From: Pocillopora damicornis
Lineage: Eukaryota
Length of the DNA stretch: 64,000 nt
Direction: 5' to 3'
Assembly: GCF_003704095.1 (NCBI RefSeq)
Contig: NW_020845097.1
Coordinates: forward strand, 186,001 to 250,000
Shown piece by piece: positions 12,108-23,500 of this stretch. The position numbers were made by a program, and so were the translations under genes. The notes below the pieces were generated by a model. It was not told the origin of the DNA, searched no databases, and saw nothing but the letters and a program-made list of their open reading frames with translations. The first letter of the stretch is position 1. Every line of letters begins with the position of its first letter.

Positions 12108-12223
12108 CTCTGGTTTCTCCACATCTCCATGGGAGTTGGACACAGCTGTTGTGGTCTGAGTCTCCTGACAAACAGTTTCCTCTGCTGAGCCCCCTTCACT
12201 TTCTCCACCACTCAAAATCTCCA
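12108..12223 (-). CDS. HMG20A: HMG20-like protein, N-terminal low-complexity exon
   Basis: ttcttag|TG GAG ATT...AAA CCA GAG|GTGAG. Phase 1 in and phase 0 out, joining the HMG exon in frame (VEILSGGESEGGSAEETVCQETQTTTAVSNSHGDVEKPE). Confidence 0.7.
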
Positions 12224-12600
12224 CTAAGAACAAACAGTTTACATAAATACTACTTTTATGTGTATAATATGTGTACATATCAATTGGCTAAAACATGGTT
12301 TATATCAGAACCAACACAGAGATACCAGCTGCTCTATATTAAGGCTGCTGAAGACTTTACCAGATTTGGGGATTATGTAATGAACACTGCCTACTTATTG
12401 ATCACCTAACACACTGTAGGTCACCAAAATTTGTGACGTGTGTCTTGACATATGCTGCAAAGTCAAGAACCCAGATTTCTCTCTACTTGTTATGGTGACC
12501 AAAATGGCCGCAGCTTTGAGTGCTGAGGAAAAGCACTATTCACCTGTGTGGTATATTCTTATAACATATGCTGGCCAAGCTAATTATATTCAATGTATAC

Positions 12601-12696
12601 CTTGACTGAGGTCAGATACAAAATCTGCTTCAGATGTTGGTAAAGTTTGACTCCCTTGAGATGCGTGATAACCGGTAACTCCATTGTGAGTCGTGG
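12601..12696 (-). CDS. HMG20A: HMG20-like protein, candidate 96-nt phase 1-1 exon
   Basis: ttttacag|CC ACG ACT CAC...AGT CAA G|GTATAC. Open in phase 1 (TTHNGVTGYHASQGSQTLPTSEADFVSDLSQ) and matches the phase of the next exon. Confidence 0.5.
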
Positions 12697-13269
12697 CTGT
12701 AAAATGTAGACTGAGGACGCGACAAAGACATAGTTAAAATAGGTTTGAAAAAATTTCAATAGGAAGCATTCCTTTACAGAATTACTCTGTGACAAAAGAA
12801 CTAGATGCCATATTTGATTTAGGAATCACTGACAAAATTGTAGTTAATTATCAATTAATTAACAAAGATTAAATGAAAATTATCAGCGATGTTAATGATG
12901 GGCTATACAACCTGTTGACTCCTAACATTGACAAGCATCTGATCTCATTATACAATCCTACCCCTGGATTACTAATTCAAGTCACAAGAATAAAGCTAAT
13001 AATCAGCAATTGAGGAAGTTTTTGATTGTTAAACAAATTCTCCCTATCAGCACCCTAGGAAATGTCTAAAGAACAATATAGAGAATATGCATTCTGATGT
13101 GGGGTGTAAAGAAATAAAGGAGTGGGAAGTATTTTCCAAACAATTTTGGCCTTTATTCTTTCTAATGACAAAATACTTGTGTACTCTTTTTCAAGCTGAG
13201 TGAGAATTTCAAACAATGTTTTTTTCATGGATAGTTTTACAAGAGAACAGTTATATGTATGTTATATTT

Positions 13270-13458
13270 AACAATTGGTTCATAGGTCAGCGTGTGTTCA
13301 TCAAGTTATGAAGCAAGCGGGAAGTTTGGAGAGCCCGAAAGATGTGTAAGAGTTGCTTGAGGTGTAGCTGAGAGCAACCCTAGCTTCTTGAGTGCTCTCC
13401 AAACTCCCAAGTGCTTCATATCTTGATGAACCCACAGCTGACGTATGAACCAATTGTT
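13270..13458. repeat. Long imperfect palindrome (foldback repeat)
   Basis: aacaattggttcata..gtcagc..gttcatcaag..atgaagca..gggaagtttggagagc pairs with gctctccaaactccc..tgcttcat..cttgatgaac..gctgac..tatgaaccaattgtt. Confidence 0.75.
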
Positions 13459-13832
13459 TTATAACATTTTCAACCCAATGGAAATTTTTTTTTCTCGAGA
13501 GATTTGTTTGCTGATGTCATGTGCACAATAGGAATATGAAGCACGCTCGCGCAATTGAATTTGATTACACAAATTTACTAACTATGTCATAAAAATCATG
13601 AATAGATTGAGTGTGCTCCTTAGTGATTGACTTTTGATGATTCCTAGGAACCTTTGCAAGGGCTATTCAAAATTTTTTGGTGATTTATTGATATTCAGGG
13701 ACAAAAAAGGCAACATTGCAGTTCTTGAATGTTTTGAAAAAGTTATAAATAACAGATGAGATTCAAGCAAGCAACTTTCGTGATTTTACAGGATAAGACA
13801 ACCCTCTAAAATTTGTATCTCTTTGAACATGA

Positions 13833-13990
13833 GGCTTATCAGCTCAGTTGGTAGTAGCAACCAACTAGTACCTGTGAGGCATGGGTTTGAATCCCATCAA
13901 AGACTGAAGGTTTTCAGACTCTATTCTTCAATTGCTTAGTTTACAGCACACCTGCAAGAATTGTTACTTTACTTGATTTTCATCCACAGG
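13833..13990 (+). mobile_element. Degenerate tRNA-derived SINE-like repeat
   Basis: A-box-like agctcagttggtag and B-box-like gggtttgaatccc. No intact cloverleaf. Resembles the head at 49283. Confidence 0.5.
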
Positions 13991-14257
13991 TCAATTAAAA
14001 CTTATCTCAGTTAAAATCTTCAACTTTGAGCCTACTTAATAATACAGGTGAATGAAAACAGAATCTGAAAATTAGCCACATGACAATGAAATGCAGTAGC
14101 TTGATTGCCCAGGAATTATAGAATTATTTTGATTGATTTCCCAATGATGTCTTTGTTTTCCTCAGCCGCCATTGAACAAAAACAATTAGTCGCAGAGGAC
14201 CTCTGTTTTGGTTGTAAAGACTGTGCTTAAGTTAGAAATCGTGAGCTTCCTTTATCA

Positions 14258-14411
14258 CTGGCTCCGGTAGTTCAAAGGGTGGATAGTGCTATCCTCTAGA
14301 TAAATCACTATCTGGTGGATAACACAGTACATTTTATCCACACTTTTCTGCCGAATAGCAATTCATCTGCTGTTGGAGAGTGTTATCCGCTTTTTGAACA
14401 ACTGAGTCCAG
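14258..14411. mobile_element. MITE with imperfect terminal inverted repeats
   Basis: ctggctccggtagttcaaagggtggata ... ttatccgctttttgaacaactgagtccag, with internal ggata/tatcc sub-repeats. Confidence 0.6.
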
Positions 14412-14552
14412 ATGTATAATACTGTGATGTAAATGATTATTTTAAAACATCTTCTTATATTCGTAATGTTCCCTTAGGCAAAAATAAAAAAAAAATTGCT
14501 ATCTAATCTTAGGAGTTGACAAGTTTAATTTAAAATCTTGTTTGATACCGAC

Positions 14553-14860
14553 CTGCCGTCTTCCCCAACAGTCGCTACAGCTAATTCGTTGGAATCACCC
14601 ACGTGTTTCACGTCCACAGGATCAAAACTGGAAAGGGTAAAGCCGGGTAAGGATGTTACAGTTGTGGTCCCATCAAGTGTTGGAGTAAGAACCGCCAAGC
14701 CAGTCGACCCTGGTACCGAAGTTACAGAAAAGGTTGCAAGAGAGGTGCTGGATATAGCCTGTGAGTCCAAAACCTGTGCTAGCGCGGTGGCTGTCGCGCA
14801 ACTCGTTCCGTTTACAAGCGAAGAGTCAGCGTGCAATGTCGGATTTTCCTCAAGGTCCAT
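14553..14860 (-). CDS. HMG20A: HMG20-like protein, probable first coding exon (S/T-rich)
   Basis: GCC ATG G start (MDLEENPTLHADSS...), S/T/A-rich open frame, adjacent to promoter motifs. The exact donor is uncertain because of a phase conflict (see findings). Confidence 0.6.
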
Positions 14861-14897
14861 GGCTGAAGCTGTAAGAAACACGCGACCTCTTTTTCTA

Positions 14898-15008
14898 CAG
14901 GAAGTGAGTTTCTCGTTTATTTGTTTTTGACGGAAGTGATTGTCGGGACGATTTTTTAGAGGGGGGTACGGTGTTTCTTCTTTGGGCTCAATTCCACTAA
15001 AATGGCGG
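14898..15008. promoter_or_regulatory. Housekeeping-type promoter motifs: two ETS (GGAAGTG) and one YY1 (AAAATGGCGG)
   Basis: caggaagtg 14898-14906, cggaagtg 14931-14938 and aaaatggcgg 14999-15008, directly upstream of the HMG20-like start. Confidence 0.5.
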
Positions 15009-17311
15009 TCAAGCCTCAATAATCCGAACCACCCTCGAAGGCAAAAGGTAGAAGTATCAAATTCCCGGATAAAGAACCCTTAACACTTATATGAAGATCA
15101 AGAGCCTTCGATAGATAACCGCTGATCATTTCTAAACGAGCGACGGTGCAAGACAGCAAAACTTGAACCCGGGAAATTCAAAGTGGACCTCTGTAGATTT
15201 ATTCAAACAGTAACTTTTGCGACTCAGCTCACCACTTTGCACAAGGTAAGCTCTCAAACAACTTTTTTCAGAAAACATTGTTATTCCCATCAGAAAGGCT
15301 TACGATATCGTTGATCTAGTGTGGTTCTAAGTTCACCGAAATGCGATCGATCGTTCATTTCTGAGCTTTCCCCGAGTTAAAAGAGAATATCTCTCCGTGA
15401 TAAGGTCATCAAAACTTTAAGTTATATCATTGTTATGTACGCATAATCGAAGACTATGTGCCCTCGCCTTTCTTTTGTATCCGGTCTTGTTTCGTCTTGC
15501 TCTTGTGAGGAAATCGTGTGGAGAAATACAACGGCGATTTTGCAAAGTGATGATGATATACGTGATTGGCACATTACCTAGCAAAAAGCTGTTGAGAAAC
15601 CCGACTTTGAAAACACGAGCTATAAACGGATATAAGATATTCGGTGCACGTGAGTGAAATATGCCCGCAATGCGTGCTTGTGAAAAAAGAGTACAAAAAC
15701 GCCCAAGCCACGTTGCAGTGTAAAATGCCCGATTGTGGAACGGCCTTNNNNNNNNNNNNNNNNNNNNNNNNNNNNNNNNNNNNNNNNNNNNNNNNNNNNN
15801 NNNNNNNNNNNNNNNNNNNNNNNNNNNNNNNNNNNNNNNNNNNNNNNNNNNNNNNNNNNNNNNNNNNNNNNNNNNNNNNNNNNNNNNNNNNNNNNNNNNN
15901 NNNNNNNNNNNNNNNNNNNNNNNNNNNNNNNNNNNNNNNNNNNNNNNNNNNNNTTTACGGACGGAGTTATGTGCTTATACTCTTTATATTTCTCTCAGTC
16001 TCTGCCCCAAGCACTTTTTCCACGTTTGCTCGCTACTCTAAAAGAAAAAGGTTCAACACCATAATCATATAATTACGGATTTATCATGGACCATTCACCT
16101 CCATTAATAGTGTAAGGACATTCGAACTCACGAACCTTTTCTCAACGTCGATGAAGATAAATGTAAACTATCACCTGCATGGAACAATTTGCTGGAGAGC
16201 AAATTTCGACGGAGAAGTAGATCGGAATCAGCCGAAAACTGAGTCGAGTTAGTCTGAGAACTGGTCCCACGTTTCTCATTTATTTATCAATTTCTCCATT
16301 TTTTTACAACTATTTTCCTTCGACACAAGGATAATTAGGATAAATGTCTCTTGGAAAGGTGACTGGTGCAGTTCTAAGATTCTTGAGAATCGGCTAGCGT
16401 AAATAATTTACATGACAAGGGTCGATGCAATTGACATTCTTCACGGAAAAAAAAAAATCTCTTTCTCTATGGAAGATATAATTCATAACTGGTAAGGAAG
16501 GGATACTTTCTATACGAGGCTTTCTGAGAAAGTAGGCCCTGGTCACCTGCGTTACACTTTCCCGCCAAAACTGTAATACGTCGTGGCGTCGCAATGCACC
16601 ATCTCACTTTTGGCGGGAAAATGGTTTGCTTCGGCGTACGGTTATTAGATGACAATCCTTTTGGTTCTTGGTTTGAAGAATGCTTTTGTTGGGCATAGGC
16701 TTATTTTATCTGTATGGAAGTAGAAAATCTCTCTTGGTCTTCAAAAAACTGCAAAGAACTGTGAGCAAGAGGAAAATTTGTCTGAGTTTGAAACTGTTCT
16801 CGAAGGAAGGTTAGTATGTTGTTATTGGCGCCGAGCAGAGACAAACTTTTTTTCTGCACGAGTTTGTAGCGTATACATAATATTTTTATGGTTTTGGTGT
16901 AATCTTTTGTTCCACGTTAGAATAATACATCTAAAGTAAAAAAACCGATCATGTTCAATTAAGTGTTTTTGAAAGGAGAACTAAGTCAACTAGCATTATA
17001 AGTAGAGAATAATACATGGGTGCGCGTAGATATGAAGTTTTCTCTTCGAGTGTTTAACGCGATAGAGATGTCGAGTTAAACACGAGAAGAGAAATTTCAC
17101 ATCTACAAGCAATTATGTAATATTTTGTTTATCATATAAGCACAATAGCCCTTTACTGATAAGAAAAGTCGACTTTATTTATGAATGAAAATAAAAGGTC
17201 GAGAATCCCCCAATACAAATCGTAATGTGCTTTGGCGCACTCGAGATGAAAACATGCTTTAAATCACTACAAAAACAAACAATGGATCTAATTTTCAATA
17301 TACAAAATTTT

Positions 17312-17517
17312 CAGTTATTGACTTGGTCCTTACTGACAGAAGAAATCTTTCAGGCGCACGGCCTAAATTGGCCTGTGACAAATCTTCCAATTTTCGTTCT
17401 CAGCGGCGAGAAATGCCATTACCAAAGCCACTGAATACGTAACTTTCGATTTTTCTTTTCGTATTTTGGTTTTCTTCCCCTTCTAGGAAAGTTTGAACGT
17501 CACTGTCTGTAAGCAAT
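17312..17517 (-). pseudogene. Frameshifted relic of a Crypton-like (KIAA1958/QRICH1-type) recombinase N-terminal domain
   Basis: Manual translation across two frameshifts gives LTDSDVQTFLEGEENQNTKRKIESYV / VALVMAFLAAENE / LEDLSQANLGRAPERFLLSVRTKS. It sits next to a palindrome at 17026-17106. Confidence 0.55.
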
Positions 17518-20500
17518 ACAGATTTTTCAGTGTTTTAGCAGTCATAACTCGAAAAAAATTCCGACAAACGACCTTGAATTGAGAATGGTGAAGGCTTTGC
17601 CGTTCATTCATTAGAGTGATTTGGCAAGAGGACGGGAACGTCATTTCAGAATGGGAAAGCGCGCGGATAGTCTGGACGCGACTCTATTTCGACTTCTGGT
17701 GTTAGCGTTGCCGTTCTCCCCAACAAGTTCAGGCCGTCATTACGCTGGTTTTCCTGCCGCGATCAAAACGCCTGGAATTTGCGTAAATTGTGCGCTTATA
17801 AACGAGATGTTTGGAATTATTTCAGAACTCATTTCTGAGATAACCTGGTCCCTTCCTTTGGTTTATTCGGTGTATTTTGGGAAAATTTACCGCTTCATTT
17901 ATGCCGAATTCCCGAAAGGAAACACAATCGTTGGCAAGCGCCGGATCCAAGATTTTAGGACTCAGTACACTTGTAATTGAGCAAGGCTTTATACGCGAGG
18001 GGCTGCTCTTTGATACATTTCTTTAATCCTGTATGAAAACTCTCAGAATGGGACGCTGTTAATTTTATCATGAATCAATTCATCAATAAATTAAACTTGC
18101 TTCATGTTGAAGTTTATCAAATGAAATATCACGACGCTTACCTACTGTATTATTCAGTGTTATTTGCTGTTATTGTCGTTTTTACGGTGATTGAAAACTT
18201 TTCTGCGTATTGAAGTCAGAGATGAAAAAAAATTGAGAATAGCTCAGGTATGCACTTTTTTATGTTTGAAATTTTTGATCAGGACCGGTGAAAACTAAGA
18301 CAAGAAAGTCATGCTCTCGCTTCGAAATAAAGAGACACTAAACTTGATTCGGCACAGCTTTCTAAATCGTTTAATTTGATTGAGTCTTGAACGACTTCAT
18401 TCGTTTAAAAAATAATTAAATTGAACAAAAACGAAAAAAAAAAAAAAACAGGAACGAAGTCTTACTCCTAAGTCTAACCGCTTCGTTGGTGACTAGTTTG
18501 AGTTAATTTCATTCTTTCAAGGATAGACAAGGACTCATCGTAAACAACTTCATCGTTGGGTCGCCTGATTTCTACATGGTTTCGCCATAACTCCTGATAA
18601 TTCCGTTCAAAATGTATTTCAACTCTAAGAGGGTGGTGCTCAAAAGAGATGTACTGTCATAGTTAAGAAGAATATTCAGTAAACAAGAGGAAAAACGACG
18701 ACGATTTCCAAATTATTCTTTACAAAATTATGAAGAAAAACGAGTAGTGCTGAAATGTAGTAGCACGAAACGAAATGACAGGGACACACGCTATGATTTG
18801 AAATCATAGAAAAAAAAACTATTTAGTGGGCTTCAAAATTTGATAGATGAATCAGCAGACTTGAGACTAAACTGAAATGGACTAGTTCCAAAGTTTAATC
18901 GCCCATATGGATTCACAGTTAACAACTTACTTGCCGTATCTATAACTATCCTCTCTTTGCGCTTGTTACATAACTCTCAAAGAGGATAATTTCGTTGTCT
19001 TTAGAGTGGTTTATAAAACCGAAAATTCAAAGGTGATGGGGATCTTTATAAAGCTGAGGTGATGATTCTCGTTGCAATAACTGCTAAATCACTTATCAAC
19101 ACAACGCGACGGCGTTCTCGACCCAGTTTCTTATCGACATTGTTGCTGCGCGCGCCGTTCTGAAATGACGTTCCCGTTCTCTTGCTAAACCACTCTACTT
19201 TGCTCGGCGGTAAACGCGAATTAGCTTGATGTCTACCAAATTTCCGACCAGATAACAATTGTTCCCAACTTTTGCGCTTAACAAAGCTAGTGGCAATGAT
19301 TTAGAATAACATTCATTCAGAATTCTTTTAAAAATCTTATTTACTTGGGAACGAAGAGCATAAAGTGACTCTCATCAACGCGGCTTCTTAATACTAAAGT
19401 TCGTGAAAATTTTCTTGTGTGTTCACTATGTAGGTTGTTTTTGACAGGTTTCAGCATTTATAGAACTCGCTTTGGATTCTAGAGATGACTCTGTGAAAGC
19501 TTTGATTAAAGGAAAGGCAGTGACAAATAATTTTAAGTAACGAGAAAACAATTGATCGCGAGTCTAAAAATAGGTTGACGACAGGTAAAACTGCGTTCAC
19601 ATTTCATGACTGAAACCTAACCAACTGAGATCTATCCCATAAAAAAAGCTTCCATAAACACTGAAAATTGTGTTTTAGGCTTGGAAACTTTACTATGCGT
19701 TAGTTTACTATCGCTGTGGCAGACCATTTCTGACCCCAAAGTTCACGCCCTATGCCTTGTCAAAATTGAGGAAATCTTATTAATTAGAGCTTGTACTTTC
19801 ATTCTGCGTGCATACTTCTTCAGTTTTTATATTTTCTGGCTGGGTTCTTGGTGCCATATCATTCATTTAGACGTTGTGCTCTTAGCACTTCTCACCGGCA
19901 GTGCGTATTTTGGGCAGCTTTGATTACTTTATCATGAATTGATTACCCTTTTTCATTGGTTTTCCGAGAACTAGCAACTAAATAAACTAAATCAGAGTTA
20001 GTGTTTTTTTTGTGTCACTAACAAACCGCTTTTTTTTTTATGACAATAAAACGCGAAAAGCTTGTAAATCAATTGCAACTGACAGCTTTTCTCGTGTTTT
20101 CCCAACATTCCGCTTGGATTTGTCACATTACAAAACCCTGCAAAATATGTGGTTCCCTTACATAAGAGGCATACAAGACTCTTCTAGATAAATATGAAAT
20201 GAAATCTAACTCATTGATAAGCGTAGCCTCCAGAGTGAGAAAGATCATCCAGGACCTTTCTGTGTACGAAGCGTCACTTGTTTATTGTTGTATGAGATCT
20301 TTAGTGTAAAATTTTAATGCAGGCCTTATTTCAACCATTTGCATCAAGTGAACGACGTAGTTGAAAAAATGATTTTCTGAGCAGTTCGTGCAAACGTCGA
20401 GTGGTTGATTTATTAAATTATTCGAAGTCAAATTGAGAGATCCATCTTGATATAAATACTGTTCTGCAAAATGAAAGTGGTTAAATGTATCTATCAAGGA

Positions 20501-23500
20501 GTTTCGCCAGACTATTTCCTTACAGGGCGAATACTGACTACATTATCGATGTAATACATGTGCTTTTCTCAGTTGATGCACTGATACAGTAAAACATACA
20601 AATATTTCTATAGCGTTTACATGTTTCTGTCGTTTTCCGGTTCCCTTGCACTTAAAGGTAGTGGCCTTGAGAGCCCAATATATAAGCGTATAAACTTGTG
20701 CCGGTAGTTGGTTGTGACTCTCTCTATCGGATATGCAAGTAAAGAAAATAAACTGATCTTGTACAAAATTCTTAGCTTTCTTCAGTCAGCGGGCTGAGAG
20801 ATAAAGGGTTTTTGACAAATAACCCTTAATCATACAAAACGAAACTGTAAAACGTACCACGTGTGTATCACATTATAATAAAGTCAATCATTTTATATTT
20901 TCATATTTCTTCATCATTGGATTTTATTCTGATATAAGAAACCTGCCCGATACTAAATACCGATACCATGCTTTGGCGTGGTGGTTGAAAGATGTTTGGT
21001 GAAAGGAACTTGAAATTTGGCTGTGTTAATTCTCCGGTACGTGCTTCTCTTTTATTCCGTGTTTCTCAGAACAAGACACCTCCTTGTTTAGGTATGCAAA
21101 AGCTGCACTAGAGACAATTGATACTTGTGGGAAATAGAAGTGATGTGTGCCAAGAAATTGAGGATTTAACCCTACATCAAACCAGCATCCCGGAAGAGTA
21201 ATCCGTTACAATTCCAATCACTTCTTGCTGGTGAGGGAGCAGGATCTCGTAGAATTGAAGCACAATTTAATTAACTGATACTTGCTGTGACACCACCGTT
21301 TGTGTCACGTTCTTTACAGTGCTTAAAAGTTATTTTTATGTGCTAATTAACCTTGCTTTCTTTTCATGAATTCAATTTTGTAATTTCCCCTTTTTACCAT
21401 TTTCCACACTTGTTCCTAAATACAACCAGATGCTCGAATGCAAGGTTTTAATTCTAACGATCTCATCCTTCTGACAGCATCAAAGATAGTCTGTAATAAA
21501 TCAGTGAAATGAAATTAAACCCTAACGTTAGGGAATGAAAACGGGGTATGGAACACCTCGTACTTTGACGAACAGAAAAATAGACCGCTCAGAACGAAAT
21601 TAAATACCCACTTCTTTCAATTCTCTTTTAGGAGAGCAGAGGGAGATAGGAGAGAAAGCAGCACTGGCATGTAAATATAATCATAATTCATTTCTTATAG
21701 ACAAGTAGAAAAAGGTTACGAAAGTTGCTATCCCTATGGGTTGAAAGTTGTCACTTTTCCAGCTTTTATTCAACCAGGTTGCTTTCGCCCTTAAAGCTCC
21801 CAAGACTTATTTGCATTTGATTTTCCCTTGCAATGAACCATTATAGGTATAGGTCTAAAGAATCGAAGAACTAATCGCGTAGGAGAAATTGCGTCAGTCT
21901 TTCACAAATTCTCATCGTAATTGTCATTAGAAAATATATGAAGACCAGTGAGGAGAATTATATTAAAAGAAATATGTCAATGTTTGAGTTAGTTCGACAT
22001 TCCCATCCGGTTTTTTTAGTTCAAGGAAGTGTTACACGTCATGATTCAGAATATTTTGAGGTTGCCTCTTTATTGATTTGCTGTAAGTATCAAACCTGTG
22101 GAAAGAGAAGCATGCACACTTGAGGAGTAAAGGGTTTTGATTAAGAACACAACATGGTGATTGAATGAGGTCTTAAACCTCCACTACTCGATTAGGGTAC
22201 TGCCATATATGAAAGAGAATTCGCCAGTAACTTTTGTGACTTATCATAAGTCCACTTTCAGTACCTCCACTTTGTCATTTTTGTTTTCTCTAGTCTTCTC
22301 TCATCGTGAGTTGATGGCTTTACCGTCAGCAATTCTTCTCTTTTTAACTTGCAAAGCAAAGAGGATTAAAATGTTAGTAAAGTAACGAGATGTGCAAAAT
22401 CAGCACACCCCGATACTCTTATTCTTGAAATACAAGCGGGGCTTTTAGTAGTGATTTTGCTCAAACGAGAATGTGATCTAGTAAGTCGATGAGGCAAAAA
22501 TTGTCCACATTTGTTCAAGTGTTTCTTCAATTTGATAAAAAAAAGTAAAAACTGCCACAGCAATCATAATTTCTAGACGAAATAAAAGGCCGAGAACGTA
22601 ATGATCAAGCTAAAAGTACAACATTTGTAAGATTGATTTGGGATCAAAACGCTCATTGGCTGCTATTAGGGAGGGTTTAGTAGCCTCTATCCTTCATTCC
22701 TTGTAGATTGTAAAAATAACTGCACAAGACACGACCAAAAACTGAATAAAAACTCGTGGCTAGGCGCTGTACATAGACTTTTCATTTTTCCTATGAATTT
22801 CCATTTTAAAAGTTTATTTCTTTAATTATCATGGTGATTATATTTTCTTTGCCAGCTGTAGGTAATCAACATATCTCTATCATTCACTGGAGAGTTATTA
22901 ACCTCGAAACGACCTCAACTCCTTCATACTGGATCCAGACTTCATTCATCCGGTAAGAAAACGTTTGTTATTGACAACTAAATATATTGTAAGTTTGCTG
23001 TTTCCGCCGAAGTGAAGCTACAATATATTTAACTAGTTTGGTTAACTATCCTTTCCAACTCATACTATCTCGATTGAGTTGCTCTTTGAAAGGTCACACG
23101 AAAGACAGAAGCGTATATTTGAATCTTTTAAAAACAAATTAATATATAAATTTAGTCTAGAGAATGTTTCATCATGGAAACCTTACGCCTAAGCCTGCAT
23201 GTATCTATTTTAAAAGAATGAATTTCGAAATTGAAAGAAGGAATGCAGACGCAAATCCGCTTGTGATCTTTTTTCAGTGAAATAACAAAACCTCCCTTTT
23301 TATCTCCCGCCCCTGGCCACTCGTTAAAGGAGACGGCATTTCTGCTCTTAAAAGGCGTGGCTTTTTTTCACTCAAATGATATTGTATCGGTGATCTCTTG
23401 TGTTTTGTGTGCTTGGATGCTATCGTTACTGGGTTACGTTAATCAGCTGTGCAGGGAAAATCGTTCATTCTAGGTGCCCTTGAGCAAGAAGCGGATATTA

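Noticed and set aside
14538-14930. 130-aa plus-strand ORF
   Set aside because: It is the antisense shadow of the HMG20-like first exon and has no recognisable motif.
15644-16072. ORFs spanning the third gap
   Set aside because: They are artefacts of N runs.
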